A DNA stretch of 64,000 nucleotides from Euglena gracilis. Its lineage: Eukaryota. Shown here in pieces: positions 22,232-34,978 of this stretch. The stretch is taken from the NCBI GenBank assembly GCA_039621445.1, contig CP154954.1, positions 8,992,634 through 9,056,633 on the forward strand, read 5' to 3'. The position numbers and the translations under genes are program-made. Within the stretch, counting starts at the first letter, position 1. Each line of letters begins with the position of its first letter. The notes beneath the pieces were generated by a model, which ran no database searches, had not been told where the DNA came from, and worked only from the letters and a program-made list of their open reading frames with translations.

Positions 22232-25200
22232 CAAGGCACAGGACCACAAGCAGCAACCGAAGCAGAAGGAGCAGTGTCCAACAGCAAAGTGCAAGAGGTG
22301 ACCATCAAGCCGTGGCACGTAAAGCCGGCCCGCTTTCGAGTGGGCAGGATGCAAAGGAGAGGAGGCGGATGCCAGCTGCTGCTGGAAGTGACCGTGGAAG
22401 CCAATGGTGAGTGCTACCAAGCAAAAGCGCTCATCGACACCGGAGCCCAGACGTCTCTCTGCCGGAGGGACCTGCTGCCAGAAGCCTGCTTCACGCAGTC
22501 CAGCAAGCCGCTGCTGCTCAAGACAGTGAGTGGCGAAGAGCTCAACGGAGGGAAGAACGAGGCCACCCTCACATCTCCTTCGAGGCAAGGAGTGAAGAAG
22601 GCGTGCCAGTGGGCAGCCAGTGGAGCAGCACCGTCACCGCACACGACGGGGACATCGGCTGCGACCTCATCCTCGGATATCCGTGGTTGAAGGTCAATCG
22701 CCTCGACGTGCAGCCGTGGAGGGATGCACTCCAGCTGCATGATCCGCCACGGTGGGTGTTGTGGGCGCAAAAGAACAGCACCGCCCAAGGACAAGGAAGA
22801 TCGACAGCAGTGGTCACCCAGCAAGAGCCGCAACCACCCCCAGCATCCTCAACCCAACATCCTCTCCAGCAACCCCTGTCATCAACGGCAACACAACATC
22901 AAGAGGAAGAAGAGTGTCCGTGGGAAGAAGAAGAAGATGTGGAGGAGCAAATGCTGGCATTGGTGCAGAAGATGCGGATGTGCATTCCCGGAGAGATCCA
23001 TGAAGCCGAGGAGGATGAAGGTGCGTCGGATGAGGAGATCTCCGACAACGAGGCACTCCAGGAAGCAGCAAGGCACATCCTCCAAGTGCAGGGCGAGCAG
23101 GTGGAAATCAGAGGCGTGGTGCAGTCAGACGACGAGCATCCAGATCCACTGGCATCCAAGCTCCGGCAAGAAATCCTGGATGAATACGCAGGACGCGTCT
23201 TCCGGGAAAGAGTGTGGCCAAATCCCCCAGCAAGAGGGACGCACGGCAAGGCCGTGCTCAGGCTGAAGCCAGGTGCAGTGCCAGTGGTGGGCAGAGTGAT
23301 CCACCTGAGAGGAGAAAGGCATGATGCCCTGAGGGAAATGGAGGTAGAGTGCCGGAAGGACGGCAAGCTGGAACCCGGGAGGGGACCGTGGAGAGCAGCC
23401 GCCTTCCCAATAAAAAAGAAAAGCGGGAAGTGGAGACTGGTGTGCGATTACGCGCTCACCAACAAGCAGCTGCAGCCGGACAGCTACCCGCTGCCCCTCA
23501 CCGAGGAGATCGTGGCCGAGCAAGCAAGATGTGAGCTGTTCAGCACAGTGGACCTCCGGGATGCCTTCCATCAAGTCGCCCTTGACGCCGAGTCCCGGCC
23601 AATCACCAACATCCAAATGCCGGGCGGCCTGTGGCAGTGGACTGTGGTCCCACAAGGGATCAATGTGGGCCCGGCACTGCTGCAACGGGACATCGATGCG
23701 ACGTGTGCCGGACTGCAAAGGCACTCAAGGCCGTACTTTGATGACATCATCATCTGCACCAAAAGAAAAGTCGGCCAATCGGAAGAAGACTTCCTGAAGG
23801 CCCATGCCGCAGATGTCCGGGAGACGCTGGCAGCGCTCGAGCGCGACAAGTGGGTCTCGGACCCCAAGAAGGTGAAGCTGTTCATGCGCCGAGTGGAGTT
23901 TGTCGGCCATGTGCTGGGAGGAGGAAGAAGGTCACCAGCCCCAGGGAAGCTGGCAGCTGTCCAGAAGTGGGAGTTGCCCAAGAACGTCTCCAGCCTCCGG
24001 GCATTTTTGGGGCTGTGCAATTATTACAGCGGATACGTGCGAATGTTCGCCGAATATGCGGCACCGCTGCAGGAAAAGCTGAAGTTGCCCCGGGAGCTCG
24101 CCAAAGCAGGCAGCAAACACCCGGTGACATGGACCAAGGAGGAAGAGAAGGCATTCGAGCGCCTGAAGCAGGCACTCGTGGCGGACCTCGAGCTGTACCA
24201 CATGGACCCCACCAAGCCGTTTGTCCTTCGGACAGATGCATCGGACTATGCGGTGGGTGCGGCGCTGGAGCAGTTCCCACTGGTGGAAGGACTCCCGTCC
24301 CTCGCGGACATCAAGCCAGGTGCCTCCATCCCCGTGGCCTTCATGAGCCGCAAGCTCACCGATGGCCAACGGCAGAAGTGGGACACCAGGGACAAGGAGA
24401 CGTATGCAATCGTCTCCGCCCTGGACAAGTGGGCGCCGTACATTCTGGACAACGAGGTGCTGGTGCTGACAGACCACAAGAGCCTACAAGGGTGGTACAA
24501 AGAGCATGTCGCAGGAGTCGGCCCACAAGGCCGCCGAGCAAGGTGGCATGCAAAGCTCAACAACTTCCGGCTGGAAGTCATCCATGTGCCAGGCCAAGCA
24601 AACACCATCGGAGATGCGCTCTCAAGATGGGCATATCCCGCCAGCCAAGGCTTCAAGGACATCACCTGGCATGGCACCGATCAAGACACGAAAGAAATGC
24701 AAAAGCAAATCCAGAAGGAGAAGGAAGAGGAGAGATCGTGTCCAAAGGCCACTCACCCAATCGACACAGCCACCGAAGAAAAGCAAGTATGCATCATACG
24801 ACTCAAGCACAAAACCACCGAGAACACCGAAGTGGCAGTGACCACCCGAGCACAGATGAAAAAGAACCAGGCAGCACCAACAGCCAAGGGGTCCACCGAC
24901 ATGGAGACGCCAAGCCCAGCACATCAAGGCACAGCAAGACCCACCAGACCCACCAGAGAAGCCAGCAGCATGCCAAAGAAAAACGAAAAGCCAGCAGTCC
25001 CACAGACCAGCAGCAAATCAGCCAAGGACTCAGTGGAGGACGAGGAGGACGTGGTGGAAATCACAGCACCCACAGCAGAAACACCCAAGGAAAAGGATGC
25101 CACAACATCAACCGCCGACCCAACAACCTCATCACCCCATCAACATCCCGACACCTCTATCATGCAGCCGCAACCTCCGTCTTCCAGCATCCCAGCACCC

Positions 25201-27759
25201 TTACCATCCTCATCATCACCCGACATCCCAACATCCTCCCCAACCACATCTGCCCCTGATCATCCCATCACCGACCCCGCAGACGCCGAGGAGGACATCG
25301 ACATCTACACCATGGACTGGGGACCGCACTACGAGAAGTGCCCCAGATGGCAAACCGTGTGGCACGACACCAAGATCGGAGACCCGTGGCCCAAGGGCTA
25401 CCGGGTTGAACACAAGAGGCTCCTGAAGGATGGGGTCTGGTGCGTGCCAACGGGCCTGGTGGGCAAGGTCCTCAGAGCACAGCATGCCCAAACGGGCCAT
25501 TGGGCAGGCGAGATGCTGATGAAAGAGGCTCACCGTTTCTTCCAGTTCGCCGACGAGGAGGAGGCAAAGAAGCTGGCCGAGAGGATGCAGAAAATCTGCA
25601 GCTACTGCCAAGCAGAACCCACACCAAAAAAAAAAACAAACCACAAACAACAAAAAAAAAAAAAAAACCACATCTCCCCTTTCCTCTTCCACAATGGAAC
25701 ACCCCCACCAGCCGCTGCACCTGAAGGTGACACCGACACCGGTGCCGCCCCACATCATGACCAGCGTCTGCATCGACCTGTTTGTGATGCCCGAGGTGGA
25801 GTTCGAGGGCAAGCTGTTCAATGTCGTCGCGGGCTGCGTCGACAGACACAGCGGCTGGGTGGTGGCCACGGCACACCACACGAGGGGGTTGACGGCAGCC
25901 AAGGTCGCCAAGGCGATGTACCGCAAGTGGTGGTCGCCCCATGGGATCCCAAGTGTGATCACCTCGGACAGGGGGCCCCACTTCGCAGGAGCGTGGTGGC
26001 GAACGATGTGTGCCCTGCAAGGCGTGCGGCATGCTTACTCCCAAGCACACCACCACCCCGCCAACGGCAGAGCAGAGCAGATGGGGGCACAACTGCAGAA
26101 GCAGCTGCGGCACATCCACGAGGAGAAAGGAATTCCGTGGGTGGAAGCACTCCCCATCGCTGTCCAACGCCTCAACGACAAAGAAGGACCAAGCGGGCTG
26201 TCACCATATGAAGTGCTCTATGGAAGGCACCGGCCGTATGCTGGTGTCCCCTACGAGCCACCCACCAAGGCCGAAGATGCAGTCAGCTTCTTCGAGCGGC
26301 AGAAGTTGGTGGACAAGAAAGTCGCAGACACCGTGAACCAGCTGCACCATAAAAAGACCGAGCAGTTGAACAAGCGACGCAAGGAGCTGCCACCACTGCA
26401 AGTGGGCAGCAAGGCGTGGTACCTGCGGCCAAGGGGCAGGCCAGGGGAGAAGCTGGAGAGCTACTGGCTGGGCCCATGCCGCGTGATGGAGAGGAGGAGT
26501 GAGCACGGCTACGTGGTGGAGCTGCAGGAAGGAAGGATGCAAGAAGCACACCGGTGCCAGCTGAAGGCGTACACAGAGGGCGATGAAGAGCTCGGATCAC
26601 CGGTGAAGCTATTCCACTTCAAGCAGGCCCGGTCAGATCCTCCAACCGGGATCGATGAGTGGAACGTCGAAAAAGTGGTGACCCACCGAAGAACGCCAGG
26701 AGGAGAGTTGGAGTTCAAGGTGCAGTGGGAAGGTTCCACCGAACTCACCTGGGAACCACTGCACCATTTCTTCCACAGCTACAGTCAGCCCATCGTTGAT
26801 TACTTCCAGAAGAAGAACCTGAAGGAGGATGTCATGGCTCATCTGGCCAAACACCCAACAGAGGTGTCCAGGGTGTGGCTGTCAGCAGTAGAAGGAGGAC
26901 CGAGGCAAGACAAGAAGTGGCCACTTGAGTGGGAAGAGCCCCCCACTGAGTGGACATGGGAGGAGAAGGAGGCGAACCAGCAGCTGTGAGGGGCAGAAGC
27001 CCCCAGAACCCCAGCGACGGGGCCGCCAGCAAGAGGAGAGACAGCAAAACCGCAGAGACAAAAACACCCCACCAGCACAAGCGGAAAATGGCGAAGAGCC
27101 ACCACAGCACCCAACGAGAAACGGGAGAGACCGACACCAGCCGAGGGAACAGCAAGCCAGGAAGGGGAGAGCCCCAAAAACGCCCAAGCCCACGCAGGCC
27201 AAAAGAGAGGCCCACCATAGGCGCCCGGTCGGGTCCACCTGGCCTAGTCAACGGCAGAAGCGGCAACCTCAACATAGCTCCCACCTCCAACAGCACCCTC
27301 AGCATCTGCCCCCAACCTCTCCCCACAACCCATACATCAGCTCCGTACCCCAGTGCCACCCCACTCCCGCAGCCCCGCAGATCCCCTCACCTCAGCCTCC
27401 GACCCACCGATACGCCTCCAACCGCACCGCAGCACCCCGACCCTTCACCCCACAGCACCGTCCGAACACGTGCCCCCATGGCATGTCCCACCCCCATGCA
27501 CGGTACCATGCGACCCAACGCAGCCGTGTGTGCCCGTGTGGCACCGAGCCCGAGCCTGCCCCACCCAGGTCTGACGGTTCGTACCCAGGCTTCCCAGTGA
27601 CCCGTCCCTCGCATCCCAGGCGGGTAGGGGGCCCACCACCGGAGGGACCGGCCCTAAAGGCCCAGCCGGCCCACGGTGCGACCTGGCGGACCGGACCCAG
27701 CCGGCCGCCGCCCAACAGGCCCCGCGACCCCAGCCCGACGGGGGGGAGGGGGGAAGCGG

Positions 27760-28896
27760 AAAAGCCTGCTGCCAACCTGGGGTGAGTAAGGGGGTTTGGG
27801 CAGTACCATCGTTTTGTTCTATCTGCATCTTTTTGCCGTATCGTTTTATCTGCATCCTGGTGCCCATCGTCAGATTTTCTCAATTCAACAGTGCAGCGCA
27901 GCCGTGTGGTAGTGCGGTTCGGCGAGCAGCACAGGAGGCTGTGGTTGACCCTGTGGTGAGGGTTGACCCTGGACCGCACCTTTTCCCTGTCTCACTCTTT
28001 CCTTTCCTGGACCACCGAACCCCCTGACCCCGGCCTCAAGGAAGGCCACGGCACCCCGGCCCAGGTGGGAAGGGGCGCCAGGCAACAGCGGGGGGCAAGA
28101 GCAGGCACGCCACCCGCAGAGCATGCACACCCCAGGCGCGCACCAGCCAGCCAGGGGCAAGGTACCCCCCCAGCCGGCAGACCCAAGCGCGCACCAGCCA
28201 GCCAAAGGCGGGGGACCCCCCCCCCCCGCCCGCCCACCCGCCGGACCCCCCCCCCCCGAGCCAGCCCGGGAGGGGACACCCAACCAAAACCCCCCCAGGC
28301 AGCCAAAAGGCCCGGGAGAGCCCAGGAGAGCCAGAGCCAAAGACAGGAGACCAGCCACCCCCACCCCCACCGCAGGACGAGCGGGGAACCCAGAGCCAAG
28401 CAGCAAGACGAGCCCCACGACAAAGGCCCCACGAACCACGAGGGGCAAACCAGAAGCGGGGCAGACCAACGAGCCCAGAGGGGCCAAGCCAGCAAAGGGG
28501 CCCGGAGGGGGCAGGTAGGCTAGACACCCCCCGGCCCAAGAGAAGGGCAGCCCAGAGAGCGCGCACGCCCCCCCCAGCACAGGAAAGGACACCTACGACG
28601 CGCGCACCCCCCCACCCCCAAGGCAGCCCAAGACACACAGCGAGCACGCCCCAGCGCACAAGGGGCAGGGCAGCCCAAAGCCGCGCACCACACGCGAGCC
28701 CCCCCCCCCAGCGCACAAGGGGCAGGGCAGCCCAAAGCCGCGCACAACACGCGAGCCCCCCCCCAGCGCACAACGGGAGGGGACCGCACGCGCCCAAGAC
28801 AGCCCCCCAGGGGGCGGCCAAAAAAAAAAAACAAAAACACCCGCCCCCCCCGGGGCGGCCAAAAAAAAAAAAAACCGCACCCCCCCGGGGCGGCCC

Positions 28897-28928
<32 letters not shown>

Positions 28929-30360
28929 AACCCCCCCCCCCCGGGGGCGGCCAAAAAAAAAAAAAAAAAAAAAAAAACCACCACCCCCCGAGCGGGGAAA
29001 AAAAAAAAAAAAAAAAAAAAAGCCACCACCCCCCCAAGGGAGAAAAAAAAAAAAAAAAAAAAAAAAAAAAACGCCCCCCCCCCCCAGGGCGCCAGGCCAG
29101 GAGCACGCACACCAGCCAGACCGACCAGCCAGCCCCAGGAGGCAGCCCGCCTCTGCCACACGGAGGCCTGCCCCCAGCCGGATTGTCCGCCGCGGGCAGA
29201 CGATCGAAGGGCTGTGAGCTCCAACCAGGCTTCCGTGGAGGCAAGCGGCGCGGCCCAGGCCGAGCGAGGCACGCCCCCCCCGGCCAAGGGCGAGCCCGAG
29301 CACGCCCCCAGGCCCGCCGGGGAGCGCACATGCCTTACCCACTCCCTGGCCGCAGCCTGCAAGTCAACCCAGACGACATCCTCACCCACCAGGCTGCCAG
29401 CGCCTCCGAACAGGGAGTGGGCGGTCGGTCGCACACCCAACCCGAGCCCACAGAGCCCCGCCCGCAGCCGGTTCCACCGCTGCGGCGGGAAGTCACACAG
29501 CGCTCCGCGCCCGGGGCTCTGTGGAGGGACGGCGGAGCCAAAGCCGACCCCCAGGCCGAAGTTCCCTCAGAACGGCCCCATCATTGCTTCCCTCAGTTAT
29601 AACGTTCCTTTCCTTTTTTTGTACATAGTGCACTCGATGCCTGGTGCGCACCGCTCCCGCCCCCCGCCGCCGGGGTAAGCCAAAGGCAGGCGAGGCCGGC
29701 GCCTCGGTAGGAAGGGGAGTGTGGGCGGCGGCGGCCTGAGCGCATGCGCACACAAAGTAGCGGAACCCTCCGCTACTACCTGACCACCCCCTTTCTGCAT
29801 TTGCCTTCCGCAGGCTCCCTTGTTTCCATGGATTCAATCTGATTTGTGCATTGGAATTCAAGTTTTCAAGTTCAATTGTTCAATTCAATCAAATACAAAG
29901 ATTTCAAAGAAACCAAAGGAAACTGCCAAAGGAGAAATTACCTTCAAGGAGATCAAAGAAAACCTCAAGGAATTGGCCTACCAGGAGCGCCCCAAGGCAA
30001 TTTCAAAGGTACTTGCTGGATTTGGCTGGGCTAAGTGGCTATAAGGGTGGGAAGCACCCCCTGAAAACCCCTAGCACCCAGGCTTTTCCGCCCCCCCACC
30101 GCCCCCCCGCGAGGTCCCCCCCCTGCGAGGGCCCACCTAAGCGGCTCCGCAGACCCCCAGAGGCATCGCAGGAGGCACCCCCCTCCACTCCGCCGCCGGG
30201 AATACTAAAAAATGGATCCCAACCCATTCCAAGCACCCACGGAGCTTCCCAGGGCCTCCGTGGGGGCTGAGCCCACCCGCGCACCCCCCCTCGCCGGATC
30301 CGTGACCCGGGACCCACCCTGCCGGAACCCCAGCGAGACCGGGACCCCCCCTGGGAAACT
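27760..30360 (+). repeat. 3' LTR region of A2 (~2.6 kb, 5' boundary approximate) with T-poor internal repeats
   Basis: Follows purine tract at 27740-27764; ends with the copy of 15488-16126. Confidence 0.6.
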
Positions 30361-32423
30361 CCTCCGGCTCCGATCACGCCCACGCCATTGCCGCCCCATG
30401 TGATGTGTTCGGTGAGTGTGGATCTGTTCCACATGCCGGAGGTGGAGGTGGAGGGCGGCAGGCTGGTGAATGTGTTCGCAGCATGCATCGATCGGCACTC
30501 CGGCTGGGCGATCGCGACCGTGCACCACACCCGCGGGCTAACGGCGGAGGCGGCGGCGAAGGCGATGTTTGAGCAGTCGACGCAGTTCGGCGTGCCAAGC
30601 GTTATCACGTCGGACCGGGGCCCCCACTTCGTGGGGGCCTGGTGGAGCGCAATATGCGCAAGACTGGGGGTGCGCCATGCCTTCTCGCAAGCATACCACC
30701 ACGAAGGCAACGCCCGTGAGGAGGTCCTCGGCGCGCAGATCCAGAAGCGGCTGAGGAAGATGAAGGCGGCGGATGGCGTGGCGTGGCCGGACGCGCGCTG
30801 CCGCGGGCCCTGCGGACCCTGCACGACAGTGCTGGGCCAAGCGGCCTGAGCCCCTTCCAGGTGCTCTTCGGCCACGAGCGGTGGTATGGCGTGGTGCCGT
30901 ACCAGCCGCACACGCGGGCCGAGGACGCGGTGGCCTTCTTCGAGCGCATGCAGGACATCGATCATCGTGTCGTGAAGATCTTGAACGCGGAGCACGCCAA
31001 GACAGCCGAGACGGTCAACAAGCGGAGAAAGGAGCTGCCGGAGCTGGACATCAACGACAAGGTCTGGTATCTCCGCCAGCGCACCCGCACCGGCGAGAAG
31101 CTGGAGACGTACTGGATCGGGCCGTGCGTGGTGGCAGAGCGCACCAGTGAGATCACGTACGTGCTCCAGATGGAAGACGACCGGAAGCAGGTGGCCCACC
31201 GATCCCAAATCAAGAGCTACCGCCACGACCCAGCGCTCATGGGGCCACGGCTCCGCCTCTTCCACTTCCGCCAGTCCAGGCCGGATGAGGGTTCCCGGGT
31301 GGACGAGTGGGAGGTGAAGGCGGTGGTCACCCACAGGTGCGATGCCAACGGCGACCTCGAGTTCCTGGTCAAGTGGCTGGGGTATGAGGAGAAGACGTGG
31401 GAGCCGCTGCGGCACTTCTTCCACCGGTACGCCTCCCTCATCGTGTCGCACTTCGTCGAACACGACATAAAGGAGGACATCATGAAGTACCTCTCGAGGT
31501 TCCCGGAGGAAGCCCACATCGCCATCTGCCACGCCGTGGAGATCGAGATGGAGAAGGATAAGGAGTTTGGGCAGTCCTGGGAGGAGCCACCAGAGGAGTG
31601 GATGTGGCAGGACACCGACGACGGCGATGTACGTCGAGAAGGTGATGATTCTGGAGACGATGATGAAGGTGATGGAGGAGACGAAGGAGATCGAGACCAA
31701 GAAGACGGAGGAGACGCTGGCCCGGCGGGTCCCCAACAAGCGGCCCACCCCAGGTACCCGGTCAGGGTCCACCGGCAGCCCGCGAGCTGCGAGCGCCCCG
31801 CCTCCGTGCGATCCGCGTCTGCAAGGGATGCGCTCTCCCGCGCTTGCCTTGCCCCAGCCCCACCGTCCACCACCCCATCACTCCCCCCATGTCCCAGGCG
31901 TACCCACCCCGCATTTCAGGCGTGCCTCAGAGACCCGGTCCCCGAGTCTCCCCTGCCCCCACGGGTAGAGGTCGCCGCCCCCGCGTGTCGACCCGCAGGG
32001 ACGCCCCAGCTCGGGATCCCCCCTCCCACCAGGGGGCCCCGTTCCCGAGCACTCCCATTACCCGTCCCTGCGGCGAGGGGGCACCACCACCGGAGGCGTG
32101 CCCCTGCATGGCCACGGTGCGACCCGGCCCTTCCTTCCCAACAGGGAGGCCACCCCTGCCCCCTACCCACACCCCATGGGGAAATGGAAAAGGCCTGCCG
32201 TCAAACTGGGATTTTCTCCATGGTGGTCGTTTTCCAGTTCATCTTTCTGTTCCTTCCCATCGCCTTTGACGTTCAGGACAGGCGGCTGGCAGCGCGCGTG
32301 AAGGAGCTGAGCAGATGATCATGCTGTGCTGTCGTCGTGAGGACATGCTGTGACGTCGGCGGCAGCTGGCTCACCCTCTGCTGACCTGATGGATACTGCT
32401 GCTTCTCACCCACCAACCCAACC
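30361..32423 (+). repeat. Near-identical duplicate of A1 13399-15457 (integrase, chromodomain, 3' region)
   Basis: Same sequence by eye except two 2-nt insertions (~30795, ~31885). Confidence 0.95.
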
Positions 32424-34978
32424 TCTTACACTGGTGTGCCACCCCTCCCTTCTCTTCCCCAACCAAGGCTGAGCCACGGTGAGCCCGGCCGAAGCCGAGC
32501 CAGGAGAAGGGAGACCGGGAGAAAGCGCAGAGAGGACAGAGAGAGAGGAGAGGAGAGGAGACCGACGAAGCACGGGGGCGAAAGCCCCGGGGATAGGCGA
32601 GCAAAGAAGGAGAGGAAAGGAGAAAGAAAGGGGACCCAAGGGGGGAAACCCAACCGACCACGGGGGCAAAGGGGGCCCAGAAGGGAACCAGGGAAGACCA
32701 AAGGACCCTGGGGCGTCCCAGAGGGCGCCGCCGAAGACCACCCGGGGGGGGGGGGGGCAAGCACGGCCCAGGGGGGCCGCGAAAAAAAAAGCGGCCAGGG
32801 GGCCGCGCCCAGACACCGGGGGGGGGAGACCCAAGAGCGGCCCCGGGAGGGCCGCACACGACCCAGGGGGGGGGGAACCAAAAAAAAGCGGCCCAGGGGG
32901 ACCGCCCAGACCCCGGGGGGGGGGGGGGGCGAAGAACGGCCCAGGGGGGCCGCTCAGGACCACCCGAGGTGGGGGCACACACCGCCCAGGGGCGCCGGCA
33001 AAGAAAAAGGCGGCCAGGGGGCGGCCCAGACAGACCCCAGGGGGGCGGGCCGAAAAGCGGCCCAGGCGGGGCCGCCCAGACCCGATGGGGGGGGGGGGCG
33101 AAGAACAGCCCAGGGGGGCCACCAGACCCGGGGGGGGACCAAAAAAAGCGGCCCAGGGTGGCCACCCAGGCCCCCAGGGGGAGGGGGCGCCGAAAAGCGA
33201 CCCAGTCGGGGCCGCCCAGACCCCAGGGGGGGGGGGGGGGAAAAGAACGGCCCAGGGGGGCCGCCCAAGAACACCCGGGGGGGGGGCACGCACGGCCCAG
33301 GGGGGCCGGCGAAAAAAAAAAGCGGCCAGGGGGGCGCGCCCAGACTCCGGGGGGGGGGGCCAAGAGCGGCCCAGGGCGGGCCGCCCACGACCCAGGGGGG
33401 GGAAGGAACCAGAAAAAAGCGGCCCAGGGGGCCACCCTGGGCCCCAGGGGGGGGGGCAGAAAAGTGACCCGGGGGGGCGGCCAGACCCCAGGGGGGGGGG
33501 GGGGGGGCGAAGAACGGCCCAGGTGGGCCGCCAAAGAACACCTGGAGGGGGGGCACGCACGACCCAGGGGGGCCGGCAAAAAAAAAGCAGCCAGGGGGCC
33601 GCCCAGACCGACCCCGGGCGGGGGGACCCAAGAGCTGCCCAGGGGTGGCCGCCCGCGACCCGACAGGGAGGGGGCTAAAAGCGGCCCGGGGGGGCCGCCC
33701 AGACCCCAAGGGGGGGGGGGGGGCGCCGAAGAACGGCCCAGGGTGGCCGCCCAAGACCACCCGGGGGGGTGGCACGCACGGCCCAGGGGGGCCGGCGAAA
33801 AAAAAGGCCAGGGGCCGCGCCCAGACCCCAGAGGGGGGGACCCAAGGGCGGCCCAGGGGGGGGCCGCCCACGACCCAGGGTGGGGGAACCAAAAAAAGCG
33901 GCACAGGGGGGCCACCCAGGACCCCAGGGGGGGGGGGCGCCGAAAAGCGGCCCAGGGTGGCCGCCCAGAACCCTGGGGGGGGGGGGCCGAAAAGCGGACA
34001 GGGGGACCGCCAGCCCAAAGGGGGGGGGAGCAACCGAACCCAGACAAGAGCACCCACCAAGGAGAGCCAGGGAGAGCCAAAGCCCGAGCCCAGCCAATTC
34101 CTGAGGCCAGCCCGCAAGGCCGGCCAACGTCAGCAGCGACGTCCACCGAACGCCTGCGGAGAACGGCCAGGGATTGGCTGGCGTCCACCCCCACCCGGAC
34201 CACAGGAGCCCGCCCGCAGCCGGGACGCCAGGCAGCGGCGCAACGAAGGACCGGGGAGCCCCGGCCAGGCTCCTGTGGCAGGGGGGCGAGAAAGGCATCG
34301 GCCAGGCCCGGCAGCCGGAGGCAAGGCCGAGGAAGGGGAGAGTTGGCGGACCGGCCGCTGCACCTTACGTTGCCACTACAACAGCCTGCTGTTGTATGTA
34401 GCGAACCATTGCGCTAATTCAGCATTAAAATAGCGCAAAACGCACCTCTAACTGTTCTGTTTTTCACTGCAGGCTCCCTCTTCTGTACCTATGGTTTCAA
34501 TTCAAGATTGTGCCTGCTGAATCAAGACCAAGGTCACATTATATCAATTTTCAAGGAATTTCAAGGGAATTCAAAGAAAGGCGCTGGAGCCAAGAAAGTG
34601 CAAAAGTTGAAGAAAGTCGAAAATTCCAAGGGCGGAGCAAGCAAAATATTACAAAAGATTGGCTATCTGCTTGCGCAGGAGAGCAGTACATCCCAAAAGG
34701 TGTTGGTGCCGGGGTACCAGAAGCCTAGGGTAGGGCAATCAGGCCTTTTACTAAAACCCCCCCCACTGCCGGAAGGGACGCCAAGCCGGACTCCCCCTCC
34801 AACCACTCCCCAAAAAGGAGGGCCTTCGGTCCCCGGGAAAAAATCCTACGTGGGAAGGGGAGTATCCCGAACCTACCCCTCTTCCAGAGCCCATCGCGCC
34901 TAGCCCGCACCCCGCCGGTACCCCCTCACGGACCCCCGGGACTGAAGGCTGGGCAAAACCAACACCCTTCGGGAAACT
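32180..34978 (+). repeat. Probable 3' LTR of A1 (~2.8 kb) with GC-rich, T-poor tandem array (32700-34050)
   Basis: Same architecture as the A2 LTR: T-poor repeats, gtagcg..cgcta hairpin, pyrimidine tract-GCAGGCTCCC, A-rich block, GGGAAACT end. Confidence 0.6.

Larger units (their letters stand above)
19770..26989 (+). pseudogene. pol: A2 pol: low-complexity linker, DNMT, protease, RT, RNase H, integrase, chromodomain
   Basis: ALIDTGAQ; PYFDDII; TDASDYAVGAALEQ; HAQTGH..CSYCQ; IDLF/TSDRG/NGRAE; WNVEKVVTHRR..FKVQWEG..TWEP; frameshifts at ~20000-20260, ~22570 and a 79-nt insert at 25615. Confidence 0.93.
15488..30360 (+). mobile_element. Gypsy family A copy 2 (A2): near full-length DNMT-carrying chromodomain element nested in A1
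   Basis: Truncated 5' LTR, PBS, 1263-aa gag ORF, pol with DNMT-PR-RT-RH-IN-chromodomain, 3' LTR whose last ~640 nt match the 5' remnant. Confidence 0.92.

Noticed and set aside
9300-27000. Many long antisense and alternate-frame ORFs over gag/pol
   Set aside because: Shadow ORFs of GC-rich coding sequence, with no motifs.
15488-30360. A2 as a rolled-out 1-LTR circle
   Set aside because: The repeated segment ends exactly at the PBS, so it is simply the LTR 3' end.
28036-34417. Long G/P/F/K-rich ORFs on both strands of the LTR repeats
   Set aside because: By-product of T-poor low-complexity sequence lacking stop codons.
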